A DNA stretch of 53,027 nt, the filler included, from Circinaria calcarea (lineage: Eukaryota): the NCBI GenBank assembly GCA_051942165.1. It is 3 parts of 3 records of this genome, joined end to end, with 100 filler letters (N's around TTAATTAATTAA, not from the genome) between each part and the next. Parts side by side here need not be neighbours in the genome. Positions count along the whole stretch, not along the records: positions 35,453 to 53,027 come from JAVECS010000264.1; 2 more parts are not named here. One strand, written 5' to 3'. This document shows positions 35,453-48,181 of the stretch, one piece after another. Each line of letters opens with the position of its first letter. The stretch's first letter is position 1. The notes beneath the pieces are model-generated. The model was not told the DNA's origin. It searched no databases and saw nothing but the letters and a program-made list of their open reading frames with translations. The translations under genes and the position numbers were made by a program.

Positions 35453-38400
35453 ATATTATATTTTATATATATAACGCGTAAAGAAATTTATTTAAATATA
35501 TATATAAATATCGGAAAAATATACGCCCGAGAAATAAATTTAAAAAATTTAATATATAATAAATTTAATAAATTTATATAAATATATAAATTATTATTAA
35601 AAAATCCTCGTGTAATATTTCGCGAGGAATTTTTTTTTTTAAATTAATACCTCGTGATTTCGGTATATAATTTCTTATAGGGTTCGTAGGGGTTCTCGAG
35701 TAAAATTTTTATAAAATGTTTTTGTAATACGGGCTAATTTTTGAATAATCTATTATATTAATTATTTTATGATGCTGTTATTCGGCAAAAGCTCGGGACC
35801 TTTAGGTTTCCATTTTAATAAAAGGATGGTGAAGTATAAGCTTTACCCGGCAGTAATTTTGATATTGTTGACCGGTAGGATTTTAATTATATAGTGGGAA
35901 AGGATTGACGATTCGAGCCGCAGTTCGTGGCCGGCATTTCATTTTGGCGAAATCAAAGTGCCGCAGCATATCGCGTAGACTTAGCCGTGGCCATTCCTGC
36001 ATATTCCGACCCATATAGCGTTCTATAGTTGATTTCCGGGTAACAACCTCTTCATTCTCGACCTCGAAGCCAACATTTTGCTCCTTTGGCAGCCGGGCAT
36101 CGAATGGTATGACCGTTCGAGAGCCATCTTGCAAGGGCAAGCCGAGCGTCAAATGGGATATCTCTTGGGCCGACCAATCCCGTTCGGCAATGAGGCTATT
36201 CATAAGCTTAGTGGTAATCGATATGAGCGGATGAGTGGCGGAAGCGTGGCTCATCACGTTTTTCAGCATGGAGCCATACGTCGCCGACTTCGTTTCAGCC
36301 TTGCTGCAGTATTTGGCGATGTATCGGAGCACTGCATCAGCACTGGTAGGAGGTGTCATATCCGTATTAGCCCCCCAAGCCATCGTACACAGAGGATTAT
36401 AGGAATTCAACAGCTCATTGTTCCTAATTGGCTCGTAAAGGAAGTGGTTGCCATTCCGATCTGTACTGACATATGCCCTTTCACTTAAATCGCGAGGGAA
36501 TTTAAACCGGCATCTTGCTATTGTATCTGGTCCCCTTTGTCCTTTCGGTTTCCTAAGGCAGTAGCTAGTTGTACAAACCGTGTGCCGTTGGAACCGATTA
36601 AGGAGTGCGGTCAAATGATCCTTCGTATTCGGCTGCTGGTCGAAAGGTAAACTGGAAGGATGTATGGCGTCAGGGCGTCGAGTCTGATCGGGGTTGAAAG
36701 CCATAACTTTATCAGCCCAGTAAGCAGCCAATGCATCCTGGCTTTGATGGGTTCGTATATCCGGCTGGGGGGCGTCGTCGGACTAACTAAATCTATGTAT
36801 ATGATCGCTACCCCTTGATTGCTATTCAAAATGGTACCAATAGTCCTTGAGCCCGAACTTCGGCTTTAGTATATGCTTGAAGAAAGAGCGAAATCGTCGA
36901 TTGAGGTACTCCGCGGCTATATGCGGGTTTTTCTGCAGGTTAATCCTCGATTTCCTCCGCCTAGCCGACTCGTCAGGGGTCGATTCATGATCGTCAGCCC
37001 CTGGCATATGCTTCCGAAGGTTATTCCATTGCAAATCAGCGGCACTAAAGGTGAAAAAGAGGTTCGGACATCCTATATTTCGAATATACCCCTCGAGCTG
37101 ACGACGTTTGCTGTTCCAGAAAGGTCTCGTGCCCCGGAGTGTAGCTGCACGGCGGATGATTCGACCCACCAGATGGGTTTCATCATTATCGTTTAGTAGC
37201 TTTTTCAGCTCTTCGATAGTCATATTACTTTCGGTCTGATTCTTCCGGGCGAAAAAGGAACCCATTTTTCTTGCGGCATCACGCATTAGCCCGTTGAATG
37301 CAATATAGCGGAAACTTGGATGCTGGGCAAACCGGCCATCTTTGTACCGCATTAGATGTTGAATATATTCCTCGTATCTAATAGTTCGTTGCCGGGGAAT
37401 GTTGAAATCCGCCTGGCCATAGGGGAATAGCGTAGGAAAGGCCATACGCAAAATAGGAACATCGTCCCATTCTGATATCGGGGTGGCGCGGAATTCCGGG
37501 GCTGTCAACGGTTGCGGTGCAAGATCCTGCCTCATACGTGCTGCCTCCGAATGCCTGGTAGCAAAATTCGGTACAGCAGCTGTCGTTTCGAGGTCTTGCT
37601 CGGGTTCACCATTGATCTCGGTGAGAATATCATTGATTTGGCCTTGATCGACGGCCTCAGATTGTTCCTCAATCTCTGGTATAAACTGCCGAACGCTGCC
37701 ATCCTCCAATAGCCTATTCAAAGCTTCATCATCGATAGTAATATTCCGATAATCAGGGTGACTTTGGCGTAGAAATCGTAGCCACGCAAGAATCGCTGAA
37801 CGCCGAACCCGAAAGTCTCTTTCGAATTGGCGTTCGAGTAACGGCTGTTCCCTGTCAGTATTATGCTGATCTTTGTCCTTATCTCTATCTCTGCATCGAT
37901 AGCAGATACTGTCAGTATCTAATTTCATATCGAACCACTTTTCATGGCAGCGAGAGCAAGCCTCCAATTCCAATTGGTCCATATCATGGCGGAAGTTCTC
38001 GGCCAGAATCCAGTCTACTGCGGGTACGGCTGGGGCAGAAGGGTCTGGATCCGCCAATCGTTGGGCTTCGACAGTAGCTTCATTCAATTGTTCGTTGGCA
38101 TCATTCAGCATTTGTTCGGCGTGAATAGCTGCAATCCGTGCACGGTATCGTTGAGAAACGCTCTGTTGTTGGCGGCATATATCACACATTGCAAGTTCTT
38201 CACCGTTCACAATGAATAAATGCCTCGGACGAGTATGATGACCATTAACACAGTATTTCATTTCTTCTTCCTCGTTATTATTATCAACAAAGCAATACAC
38301 GCATATATTGGGTTCGCCAGCATGCCTAATTAAATTATCCAGACCACGCTGAACGCTGTATAAAGAGCAAACGAAATAATGTCGAGGACCGCGAGAAGAC

Positions 38401-38714
38401 TGCACCGCAGAAAGTGGATTTATAGAAAGAACACGCCGCAAATGTTTTGGTGTTCTGCCAGATCGGGGCGAGGAAGGCGAAAAAGGATGAGAGGTAGGAT
38501 TAGGCTGGCGAATAGGCCTTGTTGGCGTTGCAGGCTGCCGTGGTGAGTCAGGCGGTGGGTCAGGCGGTAGGTTAGCTTCTTGAGAGGATGGTTGTGAGGG
38601 TGTATGACCACGTTTTATCTGTATAGCTCTTCTTCGACCCTTTCGTTCTGCTGCTTCTTTGGCTCTGCGTTCCTCTTTCTGCTGTGGTGTTTCTTGACTG
38701 TATGAGTTACACAC
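35453..38714 (-). mobile_element. Defective Helitron Rep(-helicase) coding region, with a premature stop and a RIP-degraded 3' part
   Basis: MAFPTLFPYG, RFAQHPSFRY, LRGTRPFW, LFFTFSAAD, FE*QSRGSDHIH (HUH motif with TAG at 36822-36824), CRFKFP, YIAKYCSK, RDWSAQE and YCRVKLILHHPF, followed by very AT-rich sequence. Confidence 0.9.
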
Positions 38715-39235
38715 ATATTACGCCCAGAACAGCGGAGAAGTGCCGTGTCTTAAATAATTTTTCTCCAAGATTTATTTATTTTTCCAACCCACGGATTAAA
38801 ATCGGGCCGGATGTTTAAGCTAATACTCTCGCTTTTCTAACCAATACGAAGCTTTAAAAGAACCGGATATTTACGCTAGCTACTTTTTCCGCATGCTAAG
38901 CCACTATTTCATTTTTCAGTCTCGATAATTAATCACGCTCGCAAGCTCGCGTAATAAAACTTACCAATAATTAGCCTATAGTTTTAATCCTTATAAACGG
39001 GGAATCACAGCCTCCACAATCGAGGCGACTCGTTCCAGAATCGCGCAACTTGAATCGATTTTGCCAAAAACAATTGTGACAATCGATTCCAATAAACGGG
39101 GGTATCCAAACAGGCCCTTAGACTTCTCTCGAAAAAGGTTTACATAATATCGGATCGGAAAAACCTTTTCTAGCGAAGCTAGTACGAAAGAAGTCTGAGG
39201 TCTCCGGAGCTTGCGGAGGTGGCACTGAGGCACCA

Positions 39236-39712
39236 TGTACCGCATACTAGGCTAGGGCGGTGGATACCTTTCGATTGCAGCACCTAAAACTCTCCCCTCC
39301 TTCGGAACCGAGAACCGTGACGTACTGGTCGGCCGTAATGAGATACGCAAGCCCGAGCACATCGGGGAATCTCTGTCTCCGGCACTGCGTCCGGGGGATT
39401 ACGGAGGTGAATATGGGCTCCGAATACCGGAGTCCGGGGAATGTTCAAGGCAAGGGACCCATCCTGGGACCCGGACCCGAGCGCTAGCAAGCGGGACAAT
39501 TCCTTGGCTGCCGGTGAATAGGCCGCAGTGTCAATGAGGGCGGGCGTCGGATGGACTTACGCTAAGCCAGGGCCCTAGCAGGGCCCTGCCAGCCACCCGT
39601 GTTTAGCGTAAAAGCCAGGGGAGTCGCGCTAGTGACTCCAGTGTATATAGTAAGGCCTTCGGCCTCCCTTTACATAATAAGAAATAAAGCGTTCAACCAC
39701 ATAACTTTGACA
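39236..39712 (+). mobile_element. Probable retrotransposon LTR
   Basis: TGT...ACA boundaries with a GC-rich body, a TATA-like GTATATAG near 39641 and AATAAA near 39683. No target-site duplication and no gag/pol sequence were found. Confidence 0.4.
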
Positions 39713-40139
39713 TTGGGGTGGCAGACATATTGGAACCATACGCAAGGTACTAGAGGAGATGCTCTCTCGATATGGGTCCTTTCCCCAAAACTGATTGCTA
39801 ATGAGATAACCGGAGATTTACAGCGAATGGGAATTTGACCAAGGGGTCCGGTACTCCGTAAATGAGCAAGGAGAGTTTTATGTTCCACTCTGCGCGAGAA
39901 AAAGAGTGCGCCACCGGGTGCCGAGATAGTCGCCACTGCAAGATTGGTTCCCGCTTCCAGGATGATGGATTGGGACTCCACGCCAATAGAATTCTAGCTC
40001 GTTGTAAAAAAGCATAGATGGTGTACTCGGAGTCACCGTACTAAATGTAGTCACACCGCCTATTATTTTGTGCTTCTATACCAGAGGAAGACATATCTAC
40101 CAACACCCAGCAGCAATTGGGCCCGGATGAAAGTTTACC

Positions 40140-41135
40140 ATGGAGTACTCTAATGATCTACGGCCTTTGACCGCTCAGCATGATGCGATTAAAGACTCTA
40201 TGGGTCGCCTCGTGTTGGCACCAGTAGATCTCACGAAGCCAGGTGCTCGGGTTCTCGACTCTGGAACTGGAGACGGTATGTATACAATTCCCCAAGATTG
40301 ACCTTGTTGGACCACGGTGGTAGGCGCTTATGTTGACCACTTTTGGCGAATACTAATCGTGGACAAACAGGCTATTAGCTCAGCGACCTAGCCGCGTTTT
40401 TTCTGCAGAGTCAGGCTGTCATATTGGTTGGCACTGATATCACACCAGCCAGATTTCCTCCAGCATCAGAATTATCCAAAATCACACATACTTCTCAATC
40501 GATAACCGACCCCTGGTCTTCAGATTGGCATAACAGCTTCGATCTTGTACATCAGCGCCTCGTCCTCGGAGCCTGTGGGGCATTCTCCCACAAGAAAGCT
40601 GTGACCAATCTTGCTGAGCTCGTCAAACCGGGCGGCTGGATCCAAATAATCGAGCCAGATCAAGTATGCGGCGTGAACGACGGACCTGCTATGCATGTAT
40701 AGTGCTTGTCACATGGGTTTTCGTCAGCAAAAGCGGAACTATCAACTACGCGGCTCACGTCAAGGAATGGCTGAAGGAATCAGGGTTGACGGATGTGCAG
40801 GAACGCGGTATTCCCTTATTCCTCGGCGCTGCGAGTGCGAAACGGGAACTCGCCGCCAGGACTGCACTCTCGACAGCCAAAGTAATGGAGCCGCTGGTAG
40901 CCTATGCTAAAAGTAAGTAGATATCGTTCGTCTTGTCTGGATTATCAACAAAGGGTTGACTTGGTCAGGTTCGACTGATCCGTTGCCGCTTCCAATCAAG
41001 CGCCTGGAGTCCTTGGTACCAAGACTTCACGAAGAGCTGCTAGGTCAAGGAGGCTACTATCCTTTGCGCGTTGTTTGGGGCCGTAAACCTCTTATCCAGC
41101 AAAATTGTAAAGTAGAGCAGTGTACCCGAAGCTAG
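40140..41135 (+). pseudogene. SAM-dependent methyltransferase, GliN/SirN-like, disrupted
   Basis: RVLDSGTGDG|Y*L (TAG at 40376-40378 where Trp is expected), LVGTDI, SFDLVHQRL, LVKPGGWIQIIE and RVVWGRKP; frameshift near 40698. Confidence 0.8.
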
Positions 41136-41551
41136 TGAAACTTGTAATTGATTTCCGAGCTCGTAGAATCTGCCATGTTCCGTTCAGCAGTGCTCATGTA
41201 GTGCAGGGTCGCATGCGCCAGGAGTAAAACTTGAGCCTAAACCTCCCTGTGGGCCTGTGACAAGCCTCCATGATGGCCCCTTAGAGGGATATTGCTAGGC
41301 CGTGATTGACGCTGTAGGAAAGCGCCGCAAGAACTCCGGCACAGTAAAAACGTATTCTGAACCGATTATAGCCTTGAGTGCGTGATCTAGGCCTGCTCCG
41401 GCCACTGTGACCGAAATCCGAAGGCTTTGAATAGGCAGACACGAAGGAGTACGGCGGGGTCTCAAAACCATGAAGATGGCCTTTCAAGGCATGGATAAAT
41501 TATATAAGTTATGTGAATCTGTTGTGCGCTCTTCTCTCCAGCCCGGCAAAT

Positions 41552-43250
41552 ATGATGCTGTACGTAGTGGATGATGTGCCATGGTGGCCTATATCTTATC
41601 GGCCCCTACAGTTTACGAGTTCTTCCTCGGTGATTGCGCTGCTTATCTTTTTCGCTCTGATAGCCTTTGCAAGGGGTCCTATAGCGAATGCGCTCACTGG
41701 GACTTTTTCAAGCGTTGTTAATGTAAGCAGCACAATCTACTCGAGTAACCAATTGCAAACCGTGTTTTTAAAATGGTTAGGCCTGCCTTTGTCTCTACAA
41801 TCCCATATACCATTCTGGTACAGGCTTATCCATACCAACATGTCCCTACCAATGGCCAAACGGTCAAGGTGACGTCGCGAAGTTTCTGGAAGGGGTAGAG
41901 AACAGAGATCAATGGTCCTCAAGGTATGGCAGGATATATCGGATATGGTCTGGAATGACCCCGGAAGTGTACGCGGAATCCTAATTGAGTATGAGTACGT
42001 CGCTTAGTCTGACATGCCCCAGTGTCCTCACAAGACCGGAGCACGTACAGGTTGCTTTTCGTGACTCGGACAAGCACTGCAAGGCCGTCGACAACAATTC
42101 CGGTTTCTATTTAGGCGAGCTTCTAGGCCAATGCGTCGGCCTCGTCAGTCGAGAAAGGTGGAAGACATTGAAATCGGTGGTAGAAGGTCCGTTCCTGCAT
42201 AATGCCGTCACCACCTATGTGGACGTCGTGGAGCAAAGAACCATAAAGTACCTTGCAGAAATCCGTGCTGAAGAGAAGCTCATAACAGGCTTGTTCGATC
42301 CTGTCATGGATTTGAAGATGCTTCCATTTCAGGTAGTCTCTGATATCGTGTATGGCACGCTAGGTCCCACCATGGAACAGCAGCTCGCCTAACTTGCACC
42401 ACGACGAGAAGAACTTTTTAAGCCTGCTATTCGAGACGGCATAGTCCGCTTTCGGCTATGCTAATATCTATCCTTGGTCGCAATATCGGAGCTGTCGTGG
42501 TTCAAGGCGGCATGGACTACCTTCAATAGAGACACTTACCTGCGTGCACGGTCTTCTGGGGCAGGCGTTCCAATCTGCAAGATGTACGAAGCAGTCGATC
42601 GGGGTACTATTTCTGAAGAGCTGCTGCTGCAGACGCTCGACGAGATGCTATTCGCGAACCTCGACGTCACGATGGGTGGAATCTCCTGGAACTTGGTTTC
42701 TCTTGCTTCGAATCCGAGAGTCCAGGAACGTCTCCGGCTGGAAATTTCCGAGCAAAACGAGAAAACCAAAGAGAGTTCGGGAGTTCGGGACTATCTCCTG
42801 AGCTCTTCGACCTATCTCGCCGCATGTGTTCTTGAATCATCGCGTTTGAAGCCATTGGCCGCATTCTCAGTGCCTCAATCTGCACCAACAGATCGCACGC
42901 TTAATGGCTTCCGAATTCCTGCCGGCACCAACTTCATTGTCGATTCATATGCACTGAACAGCGCCAACCCGATCTGGCAACCCGATCCGTCGACCTATCC
43001 ACCCAAGTGATTTCTGGAGCAGACCGGTCAGTCGTTGCGAAATAATTACTGGCGATATGGTTTTGGCCCGAGGCAGTGCATAAGTAAGTACCTTGCAGAT
43101 TTGATTATTCGCGCGCTGTTGGTCCATATCGTAGAAGCGTTCAAGTTGAGTTTGCCTGTAATAGACGGAGAGTGGTCGCGTGTGTCTGGGACTTGGATCA
43201 ATCATCCAAAGATGAAGCTCAGAGGGCCGAGGAGGGAAAGCAAAGATTAA
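41552..43250 (+). pseudogene. Cytochrome P450, GliC-like diketopiperazine hydroxylase, disrupted
   Basis: VLTRPEHV..FRDSDKH.KA.DNNSG..GELLGQCVGL, QTLDEMLFANLDVT, ESSR (ExxR), PK*F (PxRF) and heme loop YGFGPRQC. In-frame stops at 42390, about 42462 and 43008. Confidence 0.88.
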
Positions 43251-43407
43251 AGAAACTGGGCTTGATAGATAATAGTTAAGATTTTCTCCGGCTAGTGGAG
43301 CGTACACCATATCTTGGCACGCTGTATTCAATGGCCGATTGATGCTTTCCTGTTTCTAACTGAGAACTTCACCCGTTCAACCATTCTCCCTTTCGATGTC
43401 AGCTTCC

Positions 43408-46400
43408 CTAATTGTGGTTAATCAATGATTCAATCGTGACAGCCTCAAGACCAGAGGTTTCTCTAAATACATCTAATCTACTCCGCAGCTTTGTCCGAAG
43501 TTCTGATAACGTCGTGTAAGCTACGAGAACCTGCAGTTTCGTAATTTCGTAGGCTGTAAAGCACTGGCTATCATACTCTATCCTTAACACCAAATCCTCG
43601 TCGGAAAGCGCGGAGAACTCAAATATGAGTTTGAATTTAGATCCTTCGACCATATATAGAGTTGACGGAAGCTAGGAAGCGGAACAATTGCGTCGACCGG
43701 TTATCATAAAAAGTAACTATAACATCGAATAAAGAATGGTTAGGAAACTCAGGAACAATCTCTAGATGCTGGAGTGGTTTCGACTAAGGCACCGCATGAG
43801 CTATAGCTGACTGGCTGCGGCGCCGCACAAAGTCCGCAAAGGCATTTGTAGACTTAGGACATTCGGTCGGTTGATACTTTATTCGCACGGGCAATGGTTC
43901 AAGGAAGAGTCCTACTGTATCCATCTCCTCGGGTTGGCGGTTGAGGTAGGGAGCACCAATGACGATGTCCATGGCCTCGAACTCTGGTTGTGATGCCAGG
44001 CTTACTGCTGTTAGGCCAAGTTGATGGAGAGTATAACCAGTAACCTCTGCAAATCTGCAGAGCCGCACAGAGAGATTACCACGCAACCGGCACGTATCTG
44101 AAGCGTCCATACATGTCCTGCGGGCTGGGATAGATCGCTGAAGGTATCGTATAGGTGATGGGTTTCGCAAATACTTTGACCAGAAGTCAAGATGAGGTTC
44201 ATGCTCCAGGTTGCATTGTTGTAATGGTTTCTGGTGTGCTCTAGTTGCTACGGCAAGCGGAGTCCCGAGGTACAGACAGACTACCTCGTTAAGCAGTGTG
44301 CGCAACGCTGTCAGGTCGTACATAATATGACTGATGGAAATAATCATCTGATAGCTTAAGATAGCAACCCGGATAAAATGGTCTTTGTCTATCCGAAATA
44401 GATGATTAATCTCCTCGGTAATATTGATCTGTCTCACGCGTTGAACTCGAGACAGTGAATCGTGACACTTACGTTGGATTATATAAGAACTTTTACTAAC
44501 GTAATAAGAGTATAAGATACTATATCGATCAGTAATATTATCCCAGGCAAACTCCAGCCTTTTATAATCGATGCGATTAGGATCGAAGTTCCAGGCGACA
44601 GAAACATTAAACGCAGAATACCCTTCTCTCAATTGGTATTTCTGAACCCACTCAGCTTCGATAGTAGAGCTCCCATCGCAATTCGGGATAAGTTCTCGAT
44701 ATATTTGAGGTTCGTATGTGACGGAGGAGACAAGATAATCTGTTGCTAGAGCAAGATCACGTAAGATTTGTGCCTCCATGACTACATTCAGTTATATTAA
44801 GCGTTTAAAATGTGCTGACAGTCGACTAGCTAAATGAAGCTGAGAAACAAAATGTCCACCTAAGATAACGAAGTTCGAATCCGGTGTGAGCAATGTTTGA
44901 GGATCTAACTTCGAAATATCCCTCCACGTATGAGCAAGAATCGCCTCTGTACTTGTCCACTGAACAGGCATTAGACTGTTATTCTCCACAGTCGGTATAT
45001 TCATGAGTGCGGCATGATCTAGCTTTCCGGCAGCAGTAGGGAACCTATCCATTGCTATAATAAATCTTGGAAGAGCATAAGGAGGAAGGATCCGCGCGAG
45101 CTGGACTTTCAGACGTCGTATATCCAATGAGCAGGGCCGTACAGTAGCCAAGAGGTAATCTGCTCTGCGGACAAGAGCAACCGCGGAAACCTCCAGTACA
45201 TCGTTGCTAATGTGGTCTTCGAGTGCATTGAGATCCAGGCGGAAGCCGTTAAGCTTGACCTGACGATCAGTCCGGCCTAGGCAATGAATTTCCATGGACG
45301 AGTCCCAGTATCCACGATCGCCTGATCAGTAAATTATTTCGTTCGAAATAGAGCGTAACGAATCTGAGAGGAATCGCCGAATTGTTTCCTCGGGCTTATT
45401 CAAATAGCCCTTAGCAACCTGTACGCCTGCAATGTAGATATCTCCGATGACACCAGGTGGACAAGCTTCGTGTGACGATCCAAGATATACACGCGAGAGG
45501 AGGGATTGGGTTTCCCAATCGTGACTGGCTCCTCGCAGTGCAACCTCTTAATGGTGGCGCCGCATGTCGCTTCAGTAGGACGGTACATGCTAAAGAGCTT
45601 CTTCGAACATGCCCATGTGTTATTGATTTGCTGCGAAACCGGCTTACCCACGAGATATACCTGCTCTAAATTTAGCTATTAATACATAGTTGCTAGACTG
45701 AGTGGCTTATATTCTGGAGAAGCGGATAATCATCGGGATCTAGTACCTCGGCCAGGGAAGGTGTCAAAGTTGTGGACGTCGCTTCGGAAAGATGAGATAT
45801 CATGTCGCTGGACCCCGGGAGGACGACAGTAGCTCCATAGCTCAGGGCAGAAAATATTTCATGGATGCTGCCATCAAAAGCAGGTGACATAATCTGAGCT
45901 ATTCTGCATCCAGGCTCTGCATAGAGTCGAACCTCTTTGTTCTTTTGAAAGGCTACCAGCCCACCATGATGCCATAGCACTCCTTTTGGCTTTCCAGTAG
46001 AGCCGGAAGTAAAGCAGATGTATGCTGATGCAAAGAGGCCGAGGAGAACGCCGATGATATACTTCCTCAGTAGCAATGGTATCAAGGGCGGCAGTTGTCA
46101 ATATATCCTCTACAGAAAGAACGAGATCACAGACAGACGGTGCAGAAATCCTCTGTGAACTCCGTGGTGTCAGGTACATACAACCACCTGCACTCTGATA
46201 GTTCACTTCCCTGGTTCTTTCCGGCAGAGAGGGATCGGAAGGAGCATATACGCCACCCACTTTTAGTATACCATATATTGCAATAATCCAGTTGATGGAT
46301 CGGTCAGCGTGAACGCATACAACGTCGCCAGCCTTGATTGATCGACCAAGGTAACATGCAACTCGTCCTGCTTGGCTATCGAGTTCCGCATAGCTGATTC

Positions 46401-48181
46401 GCTCACTCCCCCTTTGGACCGCCACAGCGGTGGCATTCACTGCCGCGGTGGCCTCGAACAGAGTGACGAGATCATCAAACACTGCCTCTTTTGTACTTTT
46501 TACCGAGTCATAGTTGCTAGCCTCTCGTAAAACTTCACGGCAACGCTGAGGAAGTAGAGCATTCAAACATTGTTTCATCGTGCTGTGCGGCTGGATCAGA
46601 CTAGTTACCGCATTGCTATACTGCTCTACTAGTAGCTCAATGTCAGCATGAGCATAGCGTTCAGTGCGATAGGAAAGACTAGCAATGCCGTCAGAGCGAA
46701 CCAAGATGATAATCGGTATATCTGAAACCATCTTAAAAAAATTTGCAGCAACAGGCCGTATCGTACCAGCTTCTGAAAATCTAATTTCTACTTCCATCGC
46801 GATTGCAGACGAAAAATCACACGAGTACCCGTCCTGAGGAACCGATGCCTGCACCGGCTCGAGCCTTAGTATTTCTCGAAACATTTTTCGAACATACTTC
46901 TGACAATCCTCGGTCTTAAAGAACAGAGACATAGAATGATAACGTGTTGATAAGCGGGCCAACTGTATTTTCGACGCCTTCGATAGGAAGACCGCGGCCA
47001 GATACCACAGACCCGAATACGACCGAGTCGGAATCAGTGTATTTTGGCAGAACGAGTGACCAGGCGCTACAATGCAACGAAGCTACTGTGACTCCATGCT
47101 GGCAGTAGGTCAGGACATACTTCCTGCCCATTGGAACTGACATGCTATGAACTGCAGCTGCGTTGGGTGGAACAATCGCAGGCCGTGGAAGTAGGATTTC
47201 TGCAGATGCGTATGGGAAACGTAACTTCGTCTGTTTTCAGAACCTCTGGTAAGGCACTGACATAGCTTTTTGCAACATTTTCAACTCACTCGCCACTTTG
47301 AAAAAAGATCTACCGGGTCGAACACCATGGCCCTCTGCTGCTCGCCGAACTTTCTGATAGACCAACGACGCTGAATAGCCGTCGATAAGAACGTGATGGA
47401 CGTTCCAAACGATCGTGGTAATGTCTAGCTTTGAATCTTGCTTCAACCTCACAGCCTTAAAGCTCATGGTGGGAGAAGTTTCAATTGGAAAAGTATCAAG
47501 TGCGACTTGATACTCCGACGAGCTACCATAAATAACATCTGACCATTGGAACACACTCTTCACCACCTCTGTGGCAGTCTCCCGATCGAAAGATAATATC
47601 CGCCACAACCGGAATACGGGCTCCATTTCCACTACACAATGCCAAGCTTTCTTCATTGCTGGAACGTGTACGGACGAGAAGGTATCGAAGAACTGAATCA
47701 TATTCGAACTTGAATCCCTTTGACTGCCAGAAAGTAAGGCCATTTGCATCTCAGTCATCTCGTAGTCCTCTGTGAACACTTTCGCCTCCAGGCTCTGTGG
47801 CTGCAATCTCAGTAAGTACGACGCTGTGCTGGATTGATCATGGTCTCTTGGTAAAGTAGGTAAACATTCGTGATTGCCACTCAATGCATTTGGAAACGCT
47901 TCTTACCGGTCCAAAACCACCGAGCCGTGTCCGTCGATTGCATAGGCAAGGTCGGCCAATTCCGTAATACTAATATTGCGTAGTATGGCTTTCACGGACA
48001 GAAGAATGCCCTTTAACTTGCAACCCGAAGACAGAGAAATCGCGGTCAAGGAATGGCCGACATGGAATAGGAAGCTCTGGCGGAGGTCGAGCTCTGTAAT
48101 TTCAACAGCGAGGACTTCCGCGATAGTAGTGATAACTGTACTTCGTAGGTTATCATTTTCGCATACCCTGTTCGAACCCAT
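43408..48181 (-). pseudogene. Nonribosomal peptide synthetase with T-C-A-T-C(T) architecture (diketopiperazine/ETP-type), heavily disrupted
   Basis: T1 VGHSL, C1 HHVLIDGYS, A-domain YICFTSGSTGKPKGV, YRPTE, Y*SGD and GRTDRQVKLNGFR, T2 LGGHF (Ser lost) and terminal C SHIMYD. Multiple stops and frameshifts. Confidence 0.9.
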
